Positions 37,161 through 49,270 of a DNA stretch of 64,000 nucleotides are shown here, in pieces. The stretch lies in the NCBI RefSeq assembly GCF_036321535.1, contig NC_087436.1, positions 39,806,001-39,870,000 of the forward strand, given 5' to 3'. The notes below the pieces were generated by a model. It saw nothing but the letters and a program-made list of their open reading frames with translations. It had not been told where the DNA came from and ran no database searches. This DNA comes from Camelus dromedarius. Its lineage: Eukaryota. The position numbers and the translations under genes are program-made. Positions within the stretch are counted from its first letter, which is position 1. The number at the start of each line of letters is the position of its first letter.

Positions 37161-39450
37161 CTGAGTGATCTGAAGTTTTGATTGGTACTAGAATTATTTT
37201 ATACCACACTTATTTTGAAAGCCCAAGGAAGAATCAGCCATGTGGAAATGGAGAGAGGGTGGAGTGAGCTGAATGTTCCAGGCAGGGGAAACAGTTTCTT
37301 CAAAGGCTAAGTGAAGTATGATATCTGTTGAACTATAGTGGACTAATATAATTGACACATAGAATAAGTCTGGGGAAGAGAAGAAAAATGGGAGTTGAGT
37401 TAGAAAGAAGCCAAAATATGAAAATTCTTTTATGACATCCTAAATGTATGTGTCAGCTTTTAACTGTTACCCTTCAACCTTGATCTGAGGAACATTTCTT
37501 TTATTGTGAAAATACATTCACCAGTTTAATAAGGAGAGACCCACTAAGGAAATAGAATTTGCTTTTTAATGCTTTTCTGCAGGTCTATTTCATGAAATTA
37601 CTGAACTTTCCTAATAACAACCAAGTCATTACTAATTTAATTCTTTTGATCCCCCCATTCCACAGTACGTTTAGGATTAAAAAAAAAAGAGTACTAACAT
37701 CCCATACATCATTTGAACTAGTTTTAGGAATCAGATTTATACAAACAAAAGTGAAAGGACTTAAGTATATTTGCACAAGAATAAATGTCCTTGAGTGTAG
37801 CAGCAAAAAGGACAAAAGAGAAACCCCAAATATCCATCAATAGCCGAATGCTTGAATAAATGTGATACATCTTTTTTATGGTCTATTATGCAACTGTTAA
37901 AAATCACGTATTAGATCTATTGATTCAGGGGGTTACTATGGTGTTTTGTTAATTGGGAAGAGAATGAGCTGGCAATGACCTTAGTATCATGCCCTCCTTA
38001 CCCAGATTTTGGGATGACAACCTTAGTCAGAAATGACCTGAATTGTATTTCCATTCTTGTTTTGGTTGATAATTTTTTCCCCATGTTGGGCCTCATTTAT
38101 TTTATTAATGACGACCTTTTCCACATCAATAACTCATGCTGGCAACATATCATTTCTTACTGATAATAGAGTTGCTAAACTAATTTTATAAAGAGCATGG
38201 TTTCTTCACTTGAAATTTTTCTGCATTTAGTTTTTAAAGTACACATTTTTCCCTTTTGATCTCATCAAATTCCAACCACCACATTCTTATTTCTCTAGAT
38301 GATATATTACTTGCATCTGCACAGAGCCACATAATGCTAAAACCCTGGAGGTGTGATTATCCCAAAGAACGAGTTAGCATTTGCATCAGTCGTCTGCAAG
38401 AGTATCTCGTGCAAAATACTTTTTCAGTGTTGCTGCCCTGGAAGGAGTTTAATAAATATCCCTAAGTATAGACAGAGAACAATTTCTGACCTGAGAACTA
38501 CCTGTAAAAGTTTCCTATTGTTGGGGTGCCTTTCCTTCTGACTGTTTTCACTTTTTCATCACCATATGTTACAGGATGAGAGGTTAGAATTATTTTACTT
38601 TGTGTTTTTGCTGTTTGCATCTTTCAATGAACATCATTAAATATTTTACAGAAATTGCTCAAATTAAATAGCAATTAAAAGAGCCTGTTTTCTAAAGCCA
38701 TGCATAGTATTAATGACCTTTCAGATACAATTTTCAAAATTCTAGTATTTTTCTTTCTTTTAAATTTCCTACAGGATGTTGTATATGTGACCTTGAGCCT
38801 GTGAACATGTAGAAAGGAAAGTACCTTTCGGTCCAGGATTCAGAGTGGGGTCTTCTAGACTTGCACTTTCTTTGTCCTTCTTTCTCCCCACGTGTTTGGT
38901 TGTGTTCTAGCTCTCGGCACCTAATCAGACACTGAATAAGACCACAGGAAAGAGCCCAAACTCAAACAGACTGTAATTATGTGCTCATGCCTTTTAAAAG
39001 TAGATCAGTGGTAGAAGAAAGCGTGAAATTATTTACTGAAATATTTTAGGTTATCTGCAGTTTGAAGTTGTTCTTGTTACTCCTCCTCCTTCTTTATCCT
39101 GGATAACTAAAAGTACTCCATCATTTAAGCTGATTGTATTTTCCACTTTGTTATGTTTTTTCCTCAAAGGACTGCTTTCTTTATAGCCTTGGACCTGTTG
39201 ATATAGTGTAATTTGCATGGTCTTTAGGTATTTCTGAGAAATCTATACCCAGACAAATCTTTGTTTTTCTTCCAGGCTCTATTTAATAAAGATTATGAAG
39301 AGGCTTGCAGTAGCATGATCGATTATGATTTCATGATGGTTATTAATGGTGTTTGAATGTCAGTTTTTTTTTTAAATATAGTCATTGATAATTGGGGATT
39401 TTAGCTATTTTATAATGAGACTAGAATTCTTTCAAAAATACTGCCACCTT

Positions 39451-39492
39451 TGAATCTAATTAGTTACAGAGGGCTGTAACTAATTAGATTCA
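39451..39492. repeat. Perfect 19-bp inverted repeat, 4-nt spacer
   Basis: TGAATCTAATTAGTTACAG-AGGG-CTGTAACTAATTAGATTCA. Confidence 0.97.
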
Positions 39493-40319
39493 TTGTTAAT
39501 GGATGCTTTTTTTTTTACTTCAGTTTAAAATCGAGCTTTTCTCTGCTTCTCTAAATAATTGGACTTATGGTCAAAAGCATAATAAGAAGTAAAAAATGGA
39601 TTAATTATGAAGAAAACTGTAAATCTCTTTCTTAACACTCTTTACATTAATAATGCCATAGAAGATTCAGATGAGGGCAGAGACCTATCTTCACAGCATG
39701 GACGAAGTTGTATGTAGTCAATAACTTCAGGTTTCTCTGGGATTCATACATGTTCTGTCTGAACTTTCAAGGCCAACACTAAGTGCAAGGAGGTCAAACC
39801 AAGAAGCTCTGATCCCAAGTTACATTACTCAGGCACTAGAAGCACCTCATCCCACCCAGGTTTTCTTTTGGGAGTCAGTGCTTGATTGAAATGGTTAAGA
39901 CATGTGAACGTGGATCCTTCTAAGGATCAAAATGGAATCAGTTAAATATGTGTTTATGGGGTCTGTTAATATGGATTAAGCACTTTATTTGTGTTACATT
40001 CTCATCACGGTAGAGGAAACAGACACATAAAGAGATAATTATTACACCGTGTGGTGAATGCCCTGGTGGAGGTACTGGGTTAGGGTGACAGGGCAACACA
40101 AAACACGCCCACAAATCAGCCTAGGAAAACCACGTAGGGCTTGTGGAGAAGGTGAAGTCTGATTTGTCTTTAAAGTTGATTAGAAATCAGTCAGAAGCAA
40201 AGTTAGAGGATGGCAGAGAGAACACACCAGTAACAAATGGAAATAATAAAAAATATTAATATTTTAATAAAATAATACTTTAATGAAATAATTTTAAAAG
40301 TAATAAGAATCTCATCATT

Positions 40320-40520
40320 TATTTAATCAAGAACTGTTTTAAGGGATGCTTTAAACCATGTCACCTTCCCAACAAACATATGGAGCAGCTGTTACTATTC
40401 TAATTCTGTGTGTGGGGAAACAATGGCACTGAATGTGGAAGTTCCCCAAGGCTACACAGCCAGTAAGTGACAGAGCTGAGGTTAAGATTCAGTGTCCGGT
40501 ATTTTAATCACTCCGCTGTG
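40320..40520 (-). mobile_element. MIR SINE
   Basis: GGGGAAACAATGGCACTGAA...CCCAAGGCTACACAGCCAGTAAGTGACAGAGCTGAGGTT. Confidence 0.75.
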
Positions 40521-40656
40521 GTTAACTGATGGGTGTACTAACCTGTAGGTGAACTGAAATTGCTGGATAAAAATCTTAGCTTGGGAAATCAGAAGACACA
40601 GCTGGAGAGACTGATGGGAGGTAGGTATTGATTTTGTACATCTTGTTAAGATTAGA

Positions 40657-40888
40657 CTAGGGTTTCTCAACTATCTATAGTAAGGGACCAGTTTTACTTT
40701 ATTATTATTATTTTGAAATTTCCAAAATGATGGCGACATAGGTTTATCAAATATACAACCAAATGCTTGGCGTGGTAAGCAGTGGCAAATTGCTATAAAA
40801 GATTCTAAGTGCTTGCTCTCAATTTCTGTGCTTTCCTAACCATGAATTGTTGACAAACAATTGGTGGAACCACATTTTGATTATCACT
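40657..40888 (-). mobile_element. Charlie4-like hAT DNA transposon remnant
   Basis: CAAATTGCTATAAAAGATTCTAAGTGCTTGCTCTCAATTTCTGTGC...ACCACATTTTGATTATCACT, with hAT-like terminus CTAGGGTTTCTCAAC. Confidence 0.7.
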
Positions 40889-41316
40889 TATTTACACGTT
40901 TTACTTTGTACCGTGTGTCACTAAGGTTTCTAACCAGTCAGAAGGTCAGGTTATCATTCTAGGCACTGGTGTGTCTGTGAAGAAGGGATTAGGGGCTGAC
41001 AGGACTGATTAGTGAGGCTAATTATGAGTCAGTGACTGTAGTCCAGTCAAGAGATGGCTCGGACCTAAACTGGGGCTGTAGATGCAACAGTGACAAGTTG
41101 AGACAGATGGTTTGAGCAACACTAAGGAAATACAATTAGCCTGGACCCATGAATATGCTTCCCGCATCGTCAGCTCCACTAAGAAACAGCTCTGTGTGAT
41201 TGTCTGCTCAGCTTTCCTCCTGAAGTTAATTTTTGAAATATCAATCTCAGGAGCTACCCTCTATGTACTCCTTAAATCAAAAATGATTTTTTTCTTTCAA
41301 GCTACATGAGGCATTT

Positions 41317-41475
41317 AAAAATATTTTATTTATTTATTATTTAATTATTTTATTTTGGTGGGGGGTAATTAGGCTTGTTTATTTTTAGAGGAGGTACGTG
41401 GGAATTAAACCGAGGATCTCACATGCTAAGCATGCTAAACATGAGCTCTACCACTTGAGCTATACCCTCCCCTCT
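41317..41475 (-). mobile_element. Vic-1-type SINE (long form) with perfect 14-bp TSD
   Basis: CTCTACCACTTGAGCTATACCCTCCCC head in reverse. TACATGAGGCATTT at 41303-41316 and 41476-41489. Confidence 0.92.
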
Positions 41476-41964
41476 TACATGAGGCATTTTGTTGACGTGA
41501 AGGTCTTTTAGACCCTGGGTTCCAGAGCTTGAGAGACTGGCGGGGCTGAGGAAGGCAGGGTGACCTGCAGGGTTGAACTCAAGTGACATGCCCTCCTCTC
41601 ATTAAACAGGTATCTTGTGTGGAAACAAGGGGCCATACTAAAGGGTAGTGACTTGAGAAATGAGCCTTGAGAGGAAAGGACAGGTGACCCAAGAGCTGAG
41701 GCTAAGGCTCTTTAAGCAGTTCAAGAAATGAGCAGCGTGTCCATCCGAGCAGAGGGCCAGCAAACAGTTCATGGAGAGCCCTGCAGCCCGGAGTGGGAAG
41801 AGGTTCGGGGCGGTGAGTGGTTTGTCGCAGGGGGGTAGAGGGTGGGTGCCAACACTCAGTTAAAAGGTCAGTGTTTCTGGCTTGGGCATTGAGATTTTAA
41901 GCAAGGACTTACTTGTGGTAGAGAAGGCTAAGAATTCAATTCTTGTGGACTTGAGTCTGAGGGC

Positions 41965-42160
41965 AAGGGAATAATCAATTTCTGAATGTGCCTAGCTCTT
42001 CAATAAATGCTTTATGCCTATAATCTCATTTCATTCTCACAGTAAATCTGCCAAGTAGGTAATACCCTTATTTTGAGAAAATTGAGGCTAAAACATGTGC
42101 CTAAATGTGGGCAGTTACGAGGTGGTGAAGCTTGTTGTCCTGCACTCATGTGCTTGCTTT
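41965..42160 (-). mobile_element. MIR SINE
   Basis: ATCTCATTTCATTCTCACAGTAAATCTGCCAAGTAGGT...ATTTTGAGAAAATTGAGGCT. Confidence 0.7.
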
Positions 42161-42387
42161 TTTCCCAGGACACCTGTTCCTTCCAGCTGCAGTTGTCTTT
42201 AGTGTCCAGGTGGTGAGCCATTGCCCTCAGGGTTTCCTTCTGTAAGGAGAGCACAGAACTCAGTATCCGTGACTGGGGATTGCGTTGTTTGGACTTCATA
42301 AATATCCAGAACTTTTTTTCACTACAGAGCCCTTCCTAAAGGAGAAAGTCCAAGAGAAATTCTTGAAAATTCATAAATTAAAAAAAA

Positions 42388-42525
42388 TTGTTTATTTTGG
42401 GGGGTTCGTAACTAGGTTTATTTATTTATTTATTATTGTTATTTTTTTAAATAGAGGTACTAGGGATTGAACCCAGGACTTTGTGCATGCTGAGCATGCA
42501 CTCTACCACTGAGCTACAGCCTCCC
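42388..42525 (-). mobile_element. Vic-1-type SINE (long form)
   Basis: GAGGTACTAGGGATTGAACCCAGGACTTTGTGCATGCTGAGCATGCACTCTACCACTGAGCTACAGCCTCCC. Confidence 0.92.
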
Positions 42526-44779
42526 TCTTCTTGCCCCAAGAAGTTTTATTCTTTTAACAAACTTTATTGATCCTCTTCTGTGTGTCAGGTATTATTTTAA
42601 ACACTTAAGGTATATTAGTAAATGATACAAAACAAAAATTTACAATTGTAGTGGAGCAAAGATAGACAGTAAAAAAATAAACATAATATGTAAGTAATAT
42701 AACAGGAGGTAATAAATTGATGGAAAAAATCAAGATATGAGGCATCAGAATTATAATTTTAAAAAAGATTTTCATGGTAAGCATCACTGATCAGTTGATA
42801 TTTAATTTGAAAAAAAAAAAAAAAAAAGCCATCCCTGTACTCAAAGACTGCTAGTCCCACAAATCTGTATGCAAAGTGCCATTACACTTTTGAAGAAGCC
42901 TGACTGGGGATTTTTCTTTCAGCCAGTGCTACCTCTGCCTATTTTAGCCCTGTTCAGTGTCAAGACTAGTGTCCGGACACATATAGTCCCAGCCCTTCTT
43001 TGAGGTTGAATTAATGAGACAAGTTCAGGTAATCTTTTGGGAACTCTTCCCCACTGATGAGAGAGCTCTGAAAATAACTAGGGCTTAGCTGGGCAAAATG
43101 AAATTTTAGGAGATTATGTGAATATTATGCTGCAGTCTTCCTAATTAAATCCGTCCTGCTTGGCCCGGCCACATGATTTGACTTCTGCTCAGTGCCCTGA
43201 GTGGTGGATTACCTGATTTATATTCTGGCACCCATATGACGCAGAAGACCACACTAGCTGAGAAGCATCTGTCACCATTTCTAACTACGTTCCCTTGCTA
43301 TTTCTCTTGATTCCTTTAAGATTAAACCAATATTTTGTGAATGTAATGTTGTATACAGATTTGTGAAGATTTTTTTTCCCCCTGAACTGTATCATTGTTG
43401 ACTCTATTTAATGAATTCTGGTGACCTTGGGGAGTATATTTTTTCCCCTTTGGCACCCATCAGGAATAGAAAGACTCCAAGAGAATGTTGTGTTGATAGG
43501 AGGCAGTTTGAATGTAACTGGACAGATGTTGCAAGAACATGTTCTTCTTAATCAAATATGGTCTGTGATGCACAGAATATCAGAGGGCTTGAAAAAAGCC
43601 AAAACAACAGAAGCCTTGTGGAGCTGAAATGCAAGTGTACCACGGCTTGTTAACGGGGCTTAACGGCTTGTGTACTCTTTCACCCTGTTATGTGCCTAAT
43701 AAAGTAATAAAAATGCATGAGGGATAAAAACGGTTCTGACAAAATCTCTGCTGTGAATTAGGATAGTTTTTGGAGTTACAACTACATTTTTATATGTGAT
43801 TTAAACTACAACTAACAATTTGTGGAAATTATGTTTAAATGCGTCTATTTACCTTCTCCCATCATTACTTTATATGCACACATGTATTACCGAGGATAAG
43901 GTTTGGTTTCTAATTAATTTTCCAGTAAAATGACTAGCTGTTCTATTGATATATTTCTAAAATCACTCACCCCCCTACACCAAAGAAAACAATCCACAAC
44001 GTTTAGAGAAGAGTTTTAAATAGATGAAATCTTTGTTAACGTGTCTTATTTGGCCACTGCTGGTAAGAACAAAGCAATGTGTATTATGAAACATGAAAAC
44101 ACTTTCCAAATGTTGGTTATGTTCTCAAACTCTTAAAAATAACTTACATGCAACTCATAAAAATTTGTATCATAATCTTTTGAGTAGTTACTGCATGTCC
44201 ATGACTATTGTCACCGCATTATGTTTGTCATATTAAATTATAAAGGACAGAAAAGTTACTGTTTAGTAGCTTTTCTATAGTAGGCTGAATCAATCACAGA
44301 GGCTGACTAACTTCTTGCTGTGGGATGATCCATTATAACTATTCTGGTCAAAATTGACTTCTTTAATCAGTGAAGAGTTGCAAGTAAAATAGTAGTTAAA
44401 TATGTGTGAAACAAAATACTTTTCCCCCCTTTTTTTCCTTTTATTTTTAGTATTCAGAAACATGTAGGTGACTCGTGTTTTTTTCCCAAACTGCGATTTT
44501 GTTGTAAGTTATTACTGTAATCATATGATGTATATAATCATCTTTTCTTCTAAATAACAGGGTTTTCAAAATTATTAAATTAGTTCAAGTTTGTATATTC
44601 AGATCTTGATAGAATCAGAGTTAAAAATATTTTGTTTGGAGCCTTTCACTTCCTTTACGACTATTTGTCTACTTATTTTTTTTCTTAGAAACTACTGTTA
44701 ATTTTATGGTGGACTGAAATATGAATATTTTACTATGTAAATTTTAAATTTTAGGAATTAGTCTTTTTATGAACTTGTT

Positions 44780-45085
44780 ATTTTTCAGGATTATGAACAC
44801 AATTCATGATCACTGGAAAGTAAAACAAAATAAGAAGAATCATTAATCAGATAAAATTATGTCTATTACCTAGGAATAACCACTGTTAAGGTTTTTTTAT
44901 ATATACATCCAGACTTTTCTCTATATGTTATATATGTATTAGTATCCATATAATTCTTTTATTTATTAACATATGTGCAATGGCATGTATTTTATACATA
45001 TATATTCACATGTAAACATATGTACCTATATATTACAAAAGGGATTCATAGTATAATTTTATGACCAGTCTTGCTTTGCTTATGG
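44780..45085 (-). mobile_element. Degraded L1ME-like 3' fragment
   Basis: ATTACCTAGGAATAACCACTGTTAAG...ATCCAGACTTTTCTCTAT...ACAAAAGGGATTCATA. Confidence 0.55.
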
Positions 45086-45113
45086 AAATTAGGAATAAGA
45101 AATATGACTTGAG

Positions 45114-45145
45114 ACCCTTGAACAATAACAATGACAACAACACAA
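45114..45145 (+). mobile_element. 32-bp insertion with perfect 17-bp direct repeats (probable extremely truncated retroposon)
   Basis: AAGAAATATGACTTGAG at 45097-45113 and 45146-45162 flank ACCCTTGAACAATAACAATGACAACAACACAA. Confidence 0.75.
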
Positions 45146-45954
45146 AAGAAATATGACTTGAGTCTTTATGGGTGGAGAAGACAACTGTGCCATTAGTTTA
45201 ACTTTTTGTTTTATTGTTACAAAAAATCCTTTTCATATAATTATAATAAAACAAAACAAATAATTATATTTAAATTAATAAGTCTGTGCTCCCAATTTCA
45301 CCCATTCTGCAATTCATATACAATCTCCATTTGAAACCTTTATTTCTTCCCTTTCCTGGTAATATTACAGGGCCATGTATAGTCTTTCTTTATATTATAT
45401 TCAATGTTTATGATGGTGGAATATATGGTAGGTGCTTAATAATTAATTGATAATGGATTGTATACCTTTCTGGGATGGAGCACTTGTATTCATCTAGGCA
45501 TGAAGTCTTCAGAAGCAATGACATTTCTTTTACTTGTAAATCCCCTGTGCGTTTAATGAATGAAATATTTATTTAAATCCTTCTATGACTTTGCAGAATG
45601 TCCCATAATATCCTCAAAAAGCATATAGAAGAATCTTTGCTTTTTTGGCAAATTGTGCTTTTAGGGGAGTGAGGGGATGTGAGACCTATAAATCTCTTCA
45701 GCCTCTTAATATTTTTATTTTAATGTAGATATTTTTTATCTTTTAAAATTATAGGTATACAAAAATAATGGATAATTCAGAATCTTCTATCTTGCAATCA
45801 GAAGCAATGCTTATTTTTAATTATTAAATTATTTTATAGCATGATGTATATATAATGCAAATTTAACTAAATAATGAAAACATGGAAACTAAAAAATTCT
45901 ATTACGTTAATCCAGATGCATTACTTCTATCTGTAGCAAGCACTGAAACCTTTT

Positions 45955-48900
45955 CTGTAAAATTTATCCTTAAATTATTCAATAGACCTTGTTTTTAGGG
46001 TAGTTTTAGGTTCATAGTGAAGTTGAATGTAAGATACAGAAATTTCCTATGTCCTTTGCCCCCACATACACCTGGCCTCCCCAGCTATCGAAATCTCATA
46101 CTGGAATGGTACATTTGTTACAATCAATGAACTGCATTGACGCATCATTATATTTAGCTTGGGAAAAAACTGCCAAACTATTTACCAATGTGACTATACA
46201 ATTTGGGTTTTTTCTTATCATTGAAATTTAAGAGTTCTTTGTTTATTTTCCATAACAATCCTTTGTCAGATATATCTTCTGCAAATATTTTCTCCTTGTC
46301 CATGTCTTGTCTTCTGTTTTCTATTTTTTCTTGGTATGATTATTGACAGATTGTTTCTTTCAAGGAATTTGTCCACTTCATCTAAGTTACAAATGTTTGA
46401 GCCAGAGCTAGTTTTACTTTTCCTTTATTATCCTTTTAATGTTCATGGGATCTTTAGTGATGTCTCCTTTTAAAATTTCTGGTGTTAGTGATTTGTATCT
46501 TCTCTTTATTTCTTAGTTATCGTGGCTAGAGGGTTATCAAACTTATTGATCTTTTCAAAGAGCTAGCTTTTATTTTTGTTGATTTTCTCTATTGATTCCT
46601 GTTTTCAATTTTATTTTATTTTTCTAATTTTTCTTCTTTTTTGCTTACTTTGGCTCCTCTTTGGATCTAATTTGCCCATTTTTTTTAGTTTCTGAAAGTG
46701 GAAGCTTAGATGACCAATTTTAGATCTTCTTCTTTCCTAATGTATGCATTCAGTGCTATAAATTTCCCTCTAACCTGCTTTCCCTGCATTTCACAAATTT
46801 TAAGTATTTTCATTTTCATTTAGTTCAAAATATTTTTTAAAATTCTCTTGAGATTTCTTCTGACTCCTATGTTATTTAGAAGTGTGTTGTTCAATTCTCC
46901 AGTATTTTGAGATTTTACAGCTATCTTTGTTACTGATTTCTCGTTTAATTCCATTGTGCTGTGATAGCAGACATCGTATGATTTCTTTTCTTTTAAATTT
47001 GTTAAGGTATGTTTTATGGCCCAGAATGTGGTCTGTCTCAAGTGAGCTTGAGAAGAATGTGTATTCTGCTATTGTTGGATGAAACAGACAATACATAGCA
47101 ATGATGGTGATGTTGAGTTCAACTATGTCCTTGCTCATTTTCTGCCTGCTGGAGCTGTCCTTATCTGATAGAGAGGTGTTGAAGTTTCCAATAGTAGTGG
47201 TAGATTCATTTATTTCTCTTTGCAGTTTATCAGTTTTTGTCTCACATATTTTGACACTCTCTTGTTAGGTGTAAACACATTAACAACTGTTATGTCTTCT
47301 TAGAGAACAGACCTCTTTATCACTACACTATGTCCCTGTTTATCCCTGACAACTTTCCTTGCTCTGAAGTCTGCTCTGTCTGAAATTAATATAGGTACTC
47401 CTGCTTTCCTTTGGTTAGTACTAGCACGATATATCTTTCTCCTTGATTTACTGTTAAATCTTTATGTGTCTTCATATTTAAAGTGGGTTTCTTATAGACA
47501 ACATATAACTGGGTCTTGGTTCTTGTTCAACTCTGACAATCCCTGTCTTTTAATTAGTATATTTAGGCCATTGATGTTTAAAATGAATATTGACCTAGTT
47601 AGAGTAATGTCTACCATATTTGTTACTATTTTCTATTCCTTGTCCTTGTTCTTTGTTTCTATTTTTGTCTTCCACTCTTCTGCCATTTATAGTTTTAATT
47701 GAGAATTTTATATGATCCCATTTATCTTCTTCCTTAGCATAATAGCTATACTTAAAAAAATTTTTGGTGGTGGTCCAGAATTTGCAATATACACTTACAA
47801 CTAATCCAAGTCTACTTTATGATAGCATTCTACCACCTCGTAGGTAGTGTGAGGGCCATTATAATAACAAAATAATCCTAATTCCTCCCTCCTGTCACTT
47901 ATATTATTGTTGTCACACTTTTTATTTATATATAAGCATGTATAAGCAGATAGATAAACATATAATTGAATACTTTGTTTCTATTATTATTTTGAACAAA
48001 TGTTGTATGAATTAAAAATAAGAAAAATAGAGGTTTTAATTTTATCTTTACTTATTCCTTCTTCAGTGTTCTTCGTGCTATCATGTAATTTAAAATTTCT
48101 GATCTACATCATTTTCCTTCTCTATGAAGAACTTCTTTTAACATTTCTTGCAGTCAGGTTTACTGGCAACTGATACCCTCAATTTTTGTTTGTCTGAGAA
48201 AGTCTTTATTTCTCCATGTTTGAAGGATAATTTTTCAGGGTAAAGAATTCTAGGTTAGTGTTTTGTTTTTCTATTAATGCTTCAAATATTTTATTCCACT
48301 CTCCTTTTTTGCATTGATTTGCAGAATTCAGATGTAATTATTATCATTACTCCTCTATAGGTAAGTTTTTTCTCTTCTGGCTTTATTTTCCACAGTTTGA
48401 CTATGGTATGCCTGAGTATAGTTTTTTAGATTTTTTGTTTTTTTGCATTTATTCTACTTGGTGAAATGGGTCTGTAGTTTGGTGTCTAACATTAATTTTG
48501 AAATATTCTGTCATGATTGCTCAAATATTTCTTCTGTTCTTTTCTCTCTTTCTTCTCCTCCTAGAATTTTCACTAGGTGTCTGTTACACTTTTGTAGTTG
48601 TCCCACAGTTCTTGGATATTCTCTTCTTTCTTTTTATTCCCAGTCTTTTTTTCTCTTTGTTTTTCTGTTTCGGAAGTTTCTATTGACACTTCCTCAAGCT
48701 CAGATATTCTTTCTTCATCTGTGTAGAGTCTACTAATGGGCCCATCAAAGACACTCTTCAGTTTTGCTACAGTGCTTTTTATCTCTAGCATTTGTTTTGA
48801 TTCTTTCTTAGAATTTCGGTCTCTGTTTTCATGATGCATCTGTTCTTGGATTATGTCTGTTTTGTCTGTTAAAGACCTTTGCTTCTAATCACAGTTGCTT

Positions 48901-49270
48901 TAAATGCCTGGTCTAATAATTCCAACATCCGTGCCAAATCTGAGTCTGGTTCTGATGCTTGCTTTGTCTCTTCAAACTGTGTTTTTTGCCTTTTAATATG
49001 CCATGTAAATTTTTCTTGATCACCAGACATGATGTACTGGATCAAAGTAGCCCAACACTGGTTTCTGTGGAGGTTTCTGCTTCAGCAAGTTGTGATTCTC
49101 TGTATTTGCCTGTCTGTTTCTCCAATTTGAGGGGAGTAGTCTTGCCAGTGACCTCACTTTCTGGAGGATCCAAGAAGAGTACTGACTTTTTAGTTTGTTT
49201 AGCTTTTTACTTGTTGTTATGAGTGACAACTTCCAAGCTTCTTACATACTGGCCTGGAAACTGGCAGTCC
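45955..49270 (-). mobile_element. L1MC-like element retaining both ends, with large internal deletions
   Basis: 3' UTR at ~45990-46150. Endonuclease remnant in ORF 46872..47138 (AEYTFFSS..DHILGHKTYLNKFKRKEII). ORF1 coiled-coil remnant 48573..48839 (ISRLYTDEERISELEE...NIQELWDNYK). 5'-end motif TTCCAAGCTTCTTACAT...GGAAACTGGCAGTC. Candidate TSD AAACCTTTT at 45946-45954 and 49271-49279. Confidence 0.88.

Noticed and set aside
41720..41850. Small GC/CpG-rich patch as a CpG-island promoter
   Set aside because: Far too short and CpG-sparse for an island. The single donor-like GTGAGT and CTCF-like partial match are not enough.
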